Source: Candidatus Latescibacterota bacterium
GTDB lineage: Bacteria > Latescibacterota > UBA2968 > UBA8231
Length of the DNA stretch: 64,000 nt
Direction: 5' to 3'
NCBI GenBank assembly: GCA_965197905.1
Contig: CBDAOB010000002.1
Coordinates: 1-64,000 of the forward strand
Part shown: piece by piece, positions 1-9,613 of the stretch
Numbering within the stretch: the stretch's first letter is position 1
Layout of the letters: each line of letters starts with the position of its first letter
Position numbers and translations under genes: made by a program
Notes under the pieces: generated by a model
Database searches by the model: none
What the model saw: the letters and a program-made list of their open reading frames with translations, nothing else
Told to the model about the DNA's origin: nothing

Positions 1-3
1 TCT

Positions 4-438
4 TTGATGCAGTCGGTTTTGGATGAAGAAGTGACGCAGGTGCTGGGGCGGTCGCGCTACCAGCGTCAGGCCCCGTTGGACGCACCCGGCGGCTATCGAA
101 ATGGCTACGGGAAGCGGCGGCGACTGTCCTGTACCTCGGGCACGATCGAGGTAAAACGTCCACGCGTGCGAGGTCTGGAAGAGCGCTTCGAGAGCGCCAT
201 TCTGCCGCTGTTTGCGCGGCGTACGAAGGAGGTGGGTCAGCTGTTGCCGGAACTGTATCTGCACGGTCTGTCTCAAGGTGACTTCGAGCTGGCGCTGCGC
301 GGCCTGCTGGGAGCGGGAGCGCCGCTGTCGCCGTCCTCAATCGCGCGTTTGCGGGATAAGTGGATCGTCGAATACCACGCCTGGCGCAGCCGACGGCTGG
401 ATGACCGCGAGCTGGTGTACGCCTGGGCAGACGGGATC
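4..438 (+). CDS. IS256 transposase, 5' exon (probably 5'-partial)
   Basis: Ends ...YAWADGI at 438, immediately before intron 5' end GTGCG. Confidence 0.85.
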
Positions 439-2579
439 GTGCGCCACGAGGCGCCAGAGAACCGGGTGGGATGCAAGGACCCACCAACGGGCTGTCGCAG
501 CAGCCCGTTGAAGCTGGAGGCAGCCTGACCCTGGGAGCGCAGGGGAAGGTGGAAGCAGCCTCGACAACGACAGAGTGGAGTGGCACCTCCAGACACTCCA
601 CGTCTGGCAAGCAAGACGGAATGGTGTAACCCGAAGTGAACCAGTGATGGAACCCCCTTTAGCGGCCCGCCAACCCAAACCTGGTGGATAAGGGTTGGTA
701 CGCAACGCACGTGGTCGGATATATGACCGACTGCGACTCTGGGGAGGTGTGATACCCACCGAAGCAGAGGCCTTGGAGAATGCCTGCGGCGTACCCAAGG
801 CGAAGTTGCAGGGGAAAAGCTGGGCACCTCCCCCGTCAAACGGTTCATGGTGAACGTGGGAACCGAGCCGAGTCCGACCGTTATCGGGGCAGCGCGCTGT
901 CCGCTGTGGGGCTTGGCAAGGGACGGAGCCTCTGTAGTAGTCCGCGAGCGGGAAAGCCGCTTACATGGCGAAGGGAGGCAGCAAGTTGCGCAGTGGGGTA
1001 CTGGAAAAACAGGAGGACGCCGGTGAATGCCAGCGCTTCGTGGCCCGAGGCAGAACAAGCCCGTAATCGAGTACTGGAAATCCAGACCGAACTGCACCGT
1101 TGGGCTGTAGAGGATCGAAGCAAGTGCTTCGACGACCTGTTCAACCTGGTGTGTGACCCGGCGTTTTTGAGTGTAGCCTGGCGTCGGGTGCGCAGCAACA
1201 AGGGTGCTCGTTCGGCCGGAGTGGACGGACAAACGGCCTACTCTGTGGAGACGGAACGCGGCGAGGAGGCCTTTCTCGCCGAGGTGCGGGTTGATCTGAA
1301 GACCCGCAGTTTCCGGCCTCTGCCCGTACGCGAGCGGTTGATTCCGAAACCTGGCACAACGAAGAAGCGCCGGCTCGGCATCCCAACCGCTCGGGACCGA
1401 GTGGTCCAAGCCGCACTCAAGCTGGTGCTCGAACCGATCTTCGAAGCGGACTTCAAGCCGTGCTCCTACGGCTTCCGCCCGAATCGGCGGGCTCAGGACG
1501 CCATCGCCGAGATTCATCAATTCTGCTCCCGCTCTTATGAGTGGGTGGTGGAGGGCGATATCCGTGCTTGTTTCGATGAGATTGATCACGCAGCCCTCTT
1601 GGACCGCGTGCGTCGACGTATCGGTGATAAGCATGTTCTGAGGCTTGTAAAAGCGTTCTGCAAGGCCGGTGTCCTCACGGAACAATCGGTGTTGCAAGAA
1701 AGCACTTCGGGCACTCCGCAAGGCGGTATTCTCTCACCGCTGGTGGCAAATATCGCCTTATCCGTCCTCGACGATTATTTCACTGAGGTCTGGAGAAAGG
1801 TGGGCGCTACCTCCAGTGCGCGACAAGCGCATCGGCGAAAGGGGCTACCGACTTGTCGGCTTGTCCGTTACGCTGACGATTTCGTGCTGCTGGTGGCGGG
1901 CACCGAAGCTGCAGCGTATGACCTGCGCGACCAAGCGGGGGTGACTCTCACCCCCATGGGTCTGCACCTGTCGGAGACGAAGACCGCCATCACGCACATC
2001 AGCCGTGGCTTCGATTTCCTGGGTTTTCGCATTCAGAAGCGACGGAAACCGGGCCCGGTTGGCGCACGCATCTATACGTGGCCAAGAAAGGAATCTCTGG
2101 CCCGGTTGAAGAGCACGGTGCGCGCAGTCACGAGAACGGGTCGGCAGAGGCCGTTGAAGAGCCTTCTGCGCCAACTCAATCCGGTGTTGCGGGGGTGGGC
2201 CAACTACTTTCAGTACGGGGTGTCGAAGGCCACTTTCAACTACGTGCGGGGCTTCACTTGGCGCCGCGTAGTGCATTGGCTGCGCCGCAAGCACCCGCGC
2301 TTTAATTGGAGGAAGCTGAAACGCCGCTACCTGCCAGGATGGTGGCCCACCGAGGACGGGATTGCTCTTTACAACGTCGGCGAAGTAGCAGTGACTCGTT
2401 ACCGCTATCGATCGGCGCGGATCCCTTCTCCCTGGCCTGCGACAACCGGATGAGACTCTGCGGTCACACGGCACCTTGTGGAGAGCCGGATGCGTGGTAA
2501 CGCGCACGTCCGGTTCGGAGGGCGGGCCGGAGAAACCCACATCACGCGTGTGGCGCAGGGCGCTCCGGTCCGACCCTAC
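439..2579 (+). mobile_element. Group II intron, RT-encoding, 2141 nt
   Basis: 5' GTGCG at 439; domain V GAGCCGGATGCGTGGTAACGCGCACGTCCGGTTC near 2481-2516; 3' end CCGACCCTAC at 2579; removal restores GAC GGG ATC|TAC GTC AAA (DGI|YVK) in frame. Confidence 0.95.
1023..2453 (+). CDS. ltrA: Group II intron reverse transcriptase/maturase, no evident HNH endonuclease domain
   Basis: AGVDG, LGIPTARDR, SYGFRP, GTPQGGILSP, RYADDF, FDFLGF, domain X LRGWANYF; GTG start at 1023 after AGGAGG. Confidence 0.95.
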   Translation: MNASASWPEAEQARNRVLEIQTELHRWAVEDRSKCFDDLFNLVCDPAFLSVAWRRVRSNKGARSAGVDGQTAYSVETERGEEAFLAEVRVDLKTRSFRPLPVRERLIPKPGTTKKRRLGIPTARDRVVQAALKLVLEPIFEADFKPCSYGFRPNRRAQDAIAEIHQFCSRSYEWVVEGDIRACFDEIDHAALLDRVRRRIGDKHVLRLVKAFCKAGVLTEQSVLQESTSGTPQGGILSPLVANIALSVLDDYFTEVWRKVGATSSARQAHRRKGLPTCRLVRYADDFVLLVAGTEAAAYDLRDQAGVTLTPMGLHLSETKTAITHISRGFDFLGFRIQKRRKPGPVGARIYTWPRKESLARLKSTVRAVTRTGRQRPLKSLLRQLNPVLRGWANYFQYGVSKATFNYVRGFTWRRVVHWLRRKHPRFNWRKLKRRYLPGWWPTEDGIALYNVGEVAVTRYRYRSARIPSPWPATTG

Positions 2580-3296
2580 TACGTCAAAGCCGGGCTCGAG
2601 AAAGAAAAGGCCGCTCTCCTGGTGGTCATCGGCGCCATGAGCGATGGGCGCAAGGAAGTCTTGACGATTGTCCCAGGCTATCGCGAATCGAAGGAGTCGT
2701 GGACGAGCGTGCTGCGCGATTTGCGTGACCGCGGACTGAGCGCGGCGAAGTTGTTGGTGGCGGATGGGCACCTGGGTATTTGGGCCGCCCTGGCGCAGGT
2801 CTGGCCGGAGACGGCGGAACAGCGGTGCTGGAATCACCGCCTCCTGAACGTGTTGGATAAGCTGCCTAAACGCGTGCAGGCCGAAGCGCGGCAACTGCTG
2901 ACACAGATCCCCTACGCGCCGACCCGTCAAGACGCGACCAAACGCCGCGATCAATTCGCCAAACGATTCCACCGCGAATGCCCAGACGCCGTAGATATCC
3001 TCGAGCGCGATTGGGACCGTATGGTGGCATTCTACGACTTTCCCGAGGCCCACTGGCAACACCTGCGCACTACCAACGTCGTTGAAAGTCCCTTCGCTTC
3101 GGTACGGCTGCGAACCAATGCGGCCAAGCGCTACAAGAAGGTGGCCAATGCCACCGCCCTCATATGGCGGGTACTGATGGTGGCCGAGAAACGATTTCGC
3201 CGACTCCGTGCACCGCATCTTATGGCTGACGTGTACGCCAATGTGCGCTACGAAAATGGATCACACATCGCGCAAAGGAAGAAGATTGCCGCCTGA
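2580..3296 (+). CDS. IS256 transposase, 3' exon
   Basis: YVKAGLEKEKAALLVVIG...LLVADGHLG...QRCWNH...LRTTNVVES; ends KKIAA*. Confidence 0.9.
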   Translation, partial: YVKAGLEKEKAALLVVIGAMSDGRKEVLTIVPGYRESKESWTSVLRDLRDRGLSAAKLLVADGHLGIWAALAQVWPETAEQRCWNHRLLNVLDKLPKRVQAEARQLLTQIPYAPTRQDATKRRDQFAKRFHRECPDAVDILERDWDRMVAFYDFPEAHWQHLRTTNVVESPFASVRLRTNAAKRYKKVANATALIWRVLMVAEKRFRRLRAPHLMADVYANVRYENGSHIAQRKKIAA

Positions 3297-3325
3297 GTCG
3301 TTTACACACCATTTGACCCAAGCTC

Positions 3326-3398
3326 GTCCCCGAACCCGCCGCAGGCGGGTTGCAGCGGAGGCCCGGCAGGGCCCGAAGCCGGGGACACGATGTTATAG
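3326..3398 (-). other. attC site truncated by IS256 insertion
   Basis: GTCCCCG...hairpins...CGGGGACAC GAT GTTATAG; left core missing at IS end. Confidence 0.8.
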
Positions 3399-3521
3399 GC
3401 CGTGCCCCACACGGCCTCAGGAATGACCCTTCCGCGCGAGTTACGGAGCCCCTGAATCCGCTCCCGTCGGCTGGAAAAGCTGCTCAGGCACACTGACCGT
3501 GATACTACTACAGGAGGTCAC

Positions 3522-5189
3522 CTACTCCATCTTCTTCGCCGGCATCTCCTTGCCTCCCTGGAAGAGGGTCAGGCCCATTACTAGGCCCGCGTTATCCAAT
3601 TGGAACTCGATCTGAGCATCTACAACCCTGTAGACGAAGCGCGTCTCGGATTCGGGATAGATTGGAATCGCTGGTTGCCCAGTGGCCTGCGCCATCAGCT
3701 GTCCGGTTTCATTCGTAATCGATATCACGAATCCCGGTAGCAGTTCGTATTTCCCGACGTACCGGTCCAGAATCTCGGGAGCCAACTGCATACTCTTTTC
3801 GTCGGGCATTATCGCCCCGCGTTGCATGGCCTTAACGTCCTGGCCGCCCTGGTGCAGCACGAGATGGGTCACCTGGCCCTTCTCATCTTTCCCGAACGAG
3901 ATCTGCGCGTCTACGATTTTGGAGAAGAATTCGGTTTCAGCTTCAGCGAATATCAGGGATTTTGGTTGCCCCGTTGCCTGCAGGTAAAGCCCTTCCGGCT
4001 CGTGCGTTACGGTGAGCACAAAGGTAGGCACGACTTCGTACTCCCCGACATAGGACTCGTATATCTCCGCGCCCAGAGCAATCTCCTTCCGCTCCTTGGG
4101 CAGCTCCAGCTTTGCTATCTCGAATGCCGGATTGATCAGGTGCCGGCCGATGTCGTCGATATCGTTTGCCGAGTTGGATAGCACCACGACCCCGAGCCCG
4201 GTCTTCCGGTCCCAACCGACGAAGCTGTGATACCCGCCTGTCTTACCGTTGTGCCACACGATCTCCGATTCGTGCTTCTTGTGGGTGAGCCAGCCGAAGC
4301 CTATCTCCATTTCCGGTCTTCCAGCCGGCAATCGTGCAGAGTGGGCTGCATCCATTGCGTCCCGGAAATCGGTCTCCACCAACGCCATATTCGCGGCCAG
4401 AAACCGAAGCATGTCTTCCGTGGTAGAACGGATCGCTCCTGCCCCGGCGAACGTCGGGACATCCCAGTTCGACGTCGGCTGCCTCATCGCCGTGTGACCG
4501 GTTGCCATTCGCTTGTGCAGATCTGGAGTCAGATGGATCACGGTGCTCTCCATCCCCAGAGGTCCGCAGATGCGAGTTCGCACAAGGGTCTCATAGTCTA
4601 CGCCCGCGTTCCGTGCCAGTACGTGTCCCAGCAGTCCGACGCCCAGATTGGAATACTCGAACGCTTCCCCGACTGGTCTGGTCAGGGAGTAGCTGGACAG
4701 GAACTCGTACATGTTCTCCACAGTGTAGTCGGCGTAGGGATTCTGGGGATTCGTAGGTTTGAAGTTGGTCGGCATCCGTGGGAGGCCCGACCGGTGTGTC
4801 GCCAGGTCAAGGGGTGTGATCTCCTTCCCGTCTTTGGAGGGAACCGTCACGGATTCCGGGAGGAATCTCGAGACCGGGTCCTCGAGACGGAGTTCGCCAC
4901 GCTTCACTGCATCCGCCAGCAGCGTCCCCGTGAAGACCTTGCTCACCGAGCCGATCTCGAACACGGTGTTCGCCCCTACTTCCGTATCGCCCTTCAAGTC
5001 TGTCTTGCCGTAGGCGACGACCTTGCGTCCTGTGCTGTCTACGATCCCGACACTCTTCTTGTAGAGGTCTATACGGTCGCGCAGAATCGTCTCGATGGAG
5101 TCATCGGAGGGCATTCCCTCAGCCGACGCTGTGTGTGCCGACATCGCCAAGGCCACCGCCAACGCTAGGTATTTGCATAGGGCTCTCAT
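3522..5189 (-). CDS. Serine hydrolase (beta-lactamase/AmpC-like fold) with two C-terminal DUF3471-like repeats, signal peptide
   Basis: FEIGSVSK (SxxK), YSN, WHNGKTGG; repeated YVGxYE...L..QATGQP. Confidence 0.85.
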   Translation of the reverse strand: MRALCKYLALAVALAMSAHTASAEGMPSDDSIETILRDRIDLYKKSVGIVDSTGRKVVAYGKTDLKGDTEVGANTVFEIGSVSKVFTGTLLADAVKRGELRLEDPVSRFLPESVTVPSKDGKEITPLDLATHRSGLPRMPTNFKPTNPQNPYADYTVENMYEFLSSYSLTRPVGEAFEYSNLGVGLLGHVLARNAGVDYETLVRTRICGPLGMESTVIHLTPDLHKRMATGHTAMRQPTSNWDVPTFAGAGAIRSTTEDMLRFLAANMALVETDFRDAMDAAHSARLPAGRPEMEIGFGWLTHKKHESEIVWHNGKTGGYHSFVGWDRKTGLGVVVLSNSANDIDDIGRHLINPAFEIAKLELPKERKEIALGAEIYESYVGEYEVVPTFVLTVTHEPEGLYLQATGQPKSLIFAEAETEFFSKIVDAQISFGKDEKGQVTHLVLHQGGQDVKAMQRGAIMPDEKSMQLAPEILDRYVGKYELLPGFVISITNETGQLMAQATGQPAIPIYPESETRFVYRVVDAQIEFQLDNAGLVMGLTLFQGGKEMPAKKME

Positions 5190-5230
5190 TCGGGCTCCTT
5201 TCCTTCTATGGCAGTTTCAGTGGGCATGGC

Positions 5231-5320
5231 CTATAACGTTTCACCGATTGCCGAACCTGCGAAGCAGGTTGCCGAAGGCCAAGGCGCGCATGCGCCGAAG
5301 CGGCAAACGAGTTGTTATAC
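5231..5320 (-). other. attC site (family A)
   Basis: CTATAAC...TTGCCG...CGGCAA...GTTATAC with three internal hairpins. Confidence 0.9.
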
Positions 5321-5350
5321 GCTGACAGCCGGTTTTGTGACAAATGACAT

Positions 5351-5917
5351 TCAACTCCGCCCGAGTACGGCATCAAGAAACAGACGATTTGACTGAGACA
5401 GATCCAACTCACTCAACTCGGCGTACGGATGAAATACAGAGTCCTGCTCCCAATCTCCAAGTACCCTCTTATGCGGTAGATGTGTCTCTGCCTGAGCTCC
5501 GAACACCAGCTGGAAAAAGTCAGGATATGGATAAGCGTATCCCTCCGGTTTGGGGCTTAAGTGATGGAAATGCATAAAACCCAGGAGCGACTCTTCCCTG
5601 ATCGTCCAACCCGCTTCCTCCAAGACCTCGCGGCGGAGCGTCTCTTCAATCGACTCACTGTCTTCACGTCGGCCGCCTGGCAGGATGTGATAGGTTCCAT
5701 CCTTACTGTGAACCATGAGTACGTCCTGTTTGCGCAGCAAAACGCATCGGACCGAAGTGACATACCCCAAGGGAGGACTCTTGTTTCCAAAGTAGCTTGT
5801 GATGCTGAGATGCATCTGTCCATCACACCACGCGGCAGATTCCACAATAGCTGGCTCCAGGTCCATCAAAAAAGAGGCTATCTCCGGTTTCATAGCCACG
5901 TCGCCTTGATACTCCAA
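5351..5917 (-). CDS. NUDIX hydrolase
   Basis: PGGRREDSESIEETLRREVLEEAG Nudix box. Confidence 0.85.
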   Translation of the reverse strand: MEYQGDVAMKPEIASFLMDLEPAIVESAAWCDGQMHLSITSYFGNKSPPLGYVTSVRCVLLRKQDVLMVHSKDGTYHILPGGRREDSESIEETLRREVLEEAGWTIREESLLGFMHFHHLSPKPEGYAYPYPDFFQLVFGAQAETHLPHKRVLGDWEQDSVFHPYAELSELDLSQSNRLFLDAVLGRS

Positions 5918-5937
5918 TTATCCTCTTAGCTGTTTGC

Positions 5938-6010
5938 GTATAACGTTCTCGCCGTGCCCGAACCGCGAAAGCGGTTGTGCGAAGGGCGGAAGCCCGAAGC
6001 CGGGTTAGGC
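5938..6010 (-). other. attC site (family B) with ~10-bp deletion in the L''-R'' arm
   Basis: ...GAAGCCGGG|TTAGGC lacks the CACGGACGTG seen in sister sites. Confidence 0.8.
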
Positions 6011-6069
6011 GAAGCTGGCGCGGCCGCTTTTACGGCGAAGCCTCCAAGGGCGCAACGATGCAACGGTTG

Positions 6070-6631
6070 TCAGACTGCGGATGTGCCAAACATGAATGTT
6101 ATTTCCTGGTGGAAGTGGAAGTCATCGTCCGGAACAATGAACTCTAATCTATCGCAAATGAACGAACCTTTGGGTGACTTGTCCTGAAGTTGGTCGCAAA
6201 AGCTTGTGACTCTTTTCTAAGGAGATGAACTCTGCAATTGTCATGTGCGGCGGTATATGCCTCCTCTTATGCTCCTTGCCACCAAACGCTCGGGATTTGC
6301 GGAGGACCTCCTGCAAGTCGCGTATTGGCTCCTCAGGGTGTATTGGGAATGAGACGCCGGGCGTGAAGTGTGCTGAAATGGAGCTCAAATGGCTCAAAGT
6401 CCTTCAAGACAGCATGGATCTCAGCCTCCAGTCGGGAGTCATCTCAAGACTGAGTGGGTCAGATACCGAAATGTGAGTGCAGCAGGCGGCATGCGATTTG
6501 GGATCGTACCGCTCGCGCAATGGATCTATTAGATCGCTCACCTCTCTCGTAGGCATGATGAGGATCAACCCAAGTCGATAGTCAAGCTGCCAGTTCTCCC
6601 AACTATCTGTATTCCGTGCGTACTTTATCAT
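6070..6631 (-). pseudogene. 2H phosphoesterase (2'-5' RNA ligase family), two frameshifts
   Basis: HISV and HMTI motifs in consecutive frames; third frame continues ...GSFICDRLEFIVP to stop at 6070. Confidence 0.7.
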
Positions 6632-6659
6632 CGTTGGTAGGCCCCTCTGCTCCAGTTTC

Positions 6660-7494
6660 GCATAACGTCTCGCGGGTTTGCGAACCGCGAAGCGGTTGCC
6701 GAAGGCCAAGGCGCGTAGCGACGCAGGTAGGGTCGAGAACTGGCGCGCCAGCCTTAGGGTTCGGTGGGTTCCCCATGGCTTTCGCCATAGCCCTCAGTCC
6801 GACTCCCATCGCTACGTTTCCAGTTCCCGCCGCCTCAAACCGGACGTGCGGATCTCCCGCATCCGGCTTCCCGACGAACGTCACATCCAGGCACACGCCA
6901 CAAGGACTTCACCTGGTAGTCAAGCTGCTTCCGATGCATACTAGTCTTACTGCTGGAGGCAATAGGCTCACGCCACTCTCCAACCCTCTGCACTTCCGCA
7001 GCATGTCCGAAGTCAGGCCCCTTCCCTCCACCGGAGTTACCCGGCTTCCTCGGTACTACGCGCCTGTCCGCCACCTCATCCAGCCCAGTCTGGCCCTCGC
7101 GGGTTACCGGTTGGAGGCACTCGCTGCTTCCACCGGATGAGGCTTCCCGTGTTGCGCCACATCTCCTCTTACACACATGCTGTCGCCACTACCCCGGCGG
7201 AACAGCTGGGTGCGCTTGTCGCTCGACTTCCCCAGCTGCAGCGGCCTTCCCTGGTTTACGGGCAGGTCGGCTTCCGCATTACACTTTTCGAGGCCTGCTC
7301 AGCGTTTACTCACGTTACGGCCTGTGTGCTCGCCAAGTCGCCCAAGGCGACCCTCTACACCGGAGGCTTCAGCGGCTTCGTCGCCTCCACCACTGCTCCG
7401 ATTGCTACCGGCTGGAGCGACCCTTGCCGGGTGGGATTCGCACCCACTGAAGATGTGCGCCTTAGCACGGCGCACCGCAAACGGGTTGTTACCC
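6660..7494 (-). other. attC site interrupted by ORF-less intron copy 1
   Basis: GTTTGCG...CAG|intron|CGCAAAC GGGTT GTTACCC. Confidence 0.9.
6727..7475 (-). mobile_element. ORF-less group II intron, copy 1 (749 nt)
   Basis: Minus strand starts GTGCGCCGTG, domain V GAAGCCGGATGCGGGAGATCCGCACGTCCGGTTT (6870-6837), ends CGACCCTAC. Confidence 0.93.
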
Positions 7495-7574
7495 GAAGTA
7501 TACCCCGTTCAAGAAGTAGCCCGACATTCCAGGCATTACTTTGTCCGCTCTCGATGCGAATGATACGAATTGCG

Positions 7575-7894
7575 TCATCTAGCCGCTTTGACAGGGGTGC
7601 TAAATTTGATCCTGACCTTGGATAAAACTACGAGGATCTTGTAGTCAACTGTAGTATCGGGATAAACTTGAACGATCTTGTAGTCGATGGAGGAATCCGG
7701 CTTAACGACGCTTATAGAATAGCAACGCCCGATTCAGGCACATGTAGTCGAGGCAGTTGTTTCAAAGCATGCTCAACCCTTTCTACTGAGGCGGAGTCAC
7801 CTTGAACGACGAGGGGTAACGGAGCTTCAGTTGGCTCGCCACAGCCACTGACGGAAATTGCCCCTATAGTTAGCATCCGAATTGCTCTTCTCAT
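7575..7894 (-). pseudogene. Small putative lipoprotein, probably frameshifted near 7712
   Basis: Lipobox-like VSGC; shifted frame continues with repeated PDxxxDYKI. Confidence 0.4.
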
Positions 7895-7919
7895 TGTCGT
7901 TTCAATCTTCTCATATTTC

Positions 7920-8767
7920 GGGTAACGCCTCGCCGGTTTACGAACCCCGAGCTTACCGAGGGGTTGCCCGAAGGGCCCAGGCGGCACAGCCGTCGCAGGT
8001 AGGGTCGAGAACTGGCGCGCCAGCCTTAGGGTTCGGTGGGTTCCCCATGGCTTTCGCCATAGCCCTCAGTCCGACTCCCATCGCTACGTTTCCAGTTCCC
8101 GCCGCCTCAAACCGGACGTGCGGATCTCCCGCATCCGGCTTCCCGACGAACGTCACATCCAGGCACACGCCACAAGGACTTCACCTGGTAGTCAAGCTGC
8201 TTCCGATGCATACTAAGTCTTACTGCTGGAGGCAATAGGCTCACGCCACTCTCCAACCCTCTGCACTTCCGCAGCATGTCCGAAGTCAGGCCCCTTCCCT
8301 CCACCGGAGTTACCCGGCTTCCTCGGTACTACGCGCCTGTCCGCCACCTCATCCAGCCCAGTCTGGCCCTCGCGGGTTACCGGTTGGAGGCACTCGCTGC
8401 TTCCACCGGATGAGGCTTCCCGTGTTGCGCCACATCTCCTCTTACACACATGCTGTCGCCACTACCCCGGCGGAACAGCTGGGTGCGCTTGTCGCTCGAC
8501 TTCCCCAGCTGCAGCGGCCTTCCCTGGTTTACGGGCAGGTCGGCTTCCGCATTACACTTTTCGAGGCCTGCTCAGCGTTTACTCACGTTACGGCCTGTGT
8601 GCTCGCCAAGTCGCCCAAGGCGACCCTCTACACCGGAGGCTTCAGCGGCTTCGTCGCCTCCACCACTGCTCCGATTGCTACCGGCTGGAGCGACCCTTGC
8701 CGGGTGGGATTCGCACCACTGAAGATGTGCGCCTTAGCACGGCGCACCGAAAACCGCTGTGTTACAA
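7920..8767 (-). other. attC site interrupted by intron copy 2
   Basis: GGGTAAC...GGTTTACG...CAG|intron|CGAAAACC...GTTACAA. Confidence 0.88.
7999..8747 (-). mobile_element. ORF-less group II intron, copy 2 (749 nt; one 1-nt insertion and one 1-nt deletion vs others)
   Basis: Same sequence as copy 1 except TACTAAGTCT (~8214) and GCACCACT (~8716). Confidence 0.93.
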
Positions 8768-8800
8768 GAAGTGCACGAACATCAAAACACGCTCCTAACC

Positions 8801-9439
8801 TTACCGGTTACTCGGCTTGACCGTTGAGTAGAGCAACGTTGGCGGTTCTTCCTTGACCATTCTATCAAGTAAATCAAAAGTGTTGCAGAATTCCCTGAGA
8901 GCCTCCTCGCAAAGAACAGCCTCTCCCCGTGTGTGCGCCGCTTTTTCAACCTCAACAAGAACGGGCCATTTCAACTCCGAGCATTCCATGACCTTCACAT
9001 CAAGTCCCAAGGGATCAAACGCTCCGACGTGATCATCGCCGCTAAATGACATGAAGGGATCATATCCCAAATAGCGCAGCTCAGTATCAAGCTCCCGCGT
9101 TGACACAGCTTCTTTGTTGCATTCGAGGCGTCGCAGAATGGGGCTCGCTATGGCGCCGTTCGTTACTTCCTCACCGAGTTCCTGGCGGATATTGGCGAAT
9201 TCACCAACATCAGGGCCCTTCCAAGCTAGGGACCATCTTGTTTTTTCATCCAACAGGACCTTGCTAATCCGCAGTAGCTGACCCGACTTAAATAGTGCCA
9301 GTCCATAGATCGTCGTCTCCCATTGACCCGAATGCCACATTTTGGAGCGGAGAAACGGCAAACGACAGAGCACCTCCTTGCGGTCCTGAAAATGAAATCG
9401 AACCTCAACTTCGAACGGGATTTGCGAAGCTGACTCCAA
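8801..9439 (-). CDS. CYTH-like domain protein
   Basis: N-terminal FEVEVRF, LLRI, KGP, VEVEK. Confidence 0.6.
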   Translation of the reverse strand: MESASQIPFEVEVRFHFQDRKEVLCRLPFLRSKMWHSGQWETTIYGLALFKSGQLLRISKVLLDEKTRWSLAWKGPDVGEFANIRQELGEEVTNGAIASPILRRLECNKEAVSTRELDTELRYLGYDPFMSFSGDDHVGAFDPLGLDVKVMECSELKWPVLVEVEKAAHTRGEAVLCEEALREFCNTFDLLDRMVKEEPPTLLYSTVKPSNR

Positions 9440-9493
9440 GGCTCAGTATCCTCCACCAGATTGTCGAATAGCCCATCGCATTGATTGCATTTC

Positions 9494-9584
9494 TTGTAAT
9501 GTTTTCACAATTCACGAAGCCGCGAAGGCGGCTTGCCGAAGGCCCAGCGCCGAATGGCGCGCAGCGGGAATTGCTGTGTTATAT
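9494..9584 (-). other. attC site with mutated R' core (AAT instead of AAC on + strand)
   Basis: TTGTAAT...CAATTCACG...CGGGAATTG...GTTATAT. Confidence 0.8.
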
Positions 9585-9613
9585 GACGTGGGCCCAGTTC
9601 ACTATCTTAGTGT

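Larger units (their letters stand above)
1..3325 (+). mobile_element. IS256-family insertion sequence (left end outside window), interrupted by a group II intron and inserted into an attC site
   Basis: Mutator-type transposase motifs YRNGY, PRVR, QRCWNH, RTTNVVES; IS256-like right end TTTACACACCATTTGACCCAAGCTC at 3301-3325, followed directly by attC sequence. Confidence 0.9.

Noticed and set aside
1023..2453. This RT as the helper for the ORF-less introns, or as a retron/DGR RT
   Set aside because: It is a normal intron-encoded RT inside its own ribozyme, whose domain I-IV sequence does not resemble the 749-nt element; maturases are usually intron-specific, so cross-mobilisation is unsupported though not excluded; no TR/VR or msr-msd seen
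273..3218. Long minus-strand ORFs (482 aa, 457 aa)
   Set aside because: Antisense shadows of the RT and transposase in GC-rich DNA
6603..7625. Repeated ORFs in the 749-nt element (MCLDVTFVGKPDAG..., MRLPVLRHISS..., MCKRRCGA...)
   Set aside because: Chance frames over ribozyme domains; they run into different flanks in each copy and have no protein motifs
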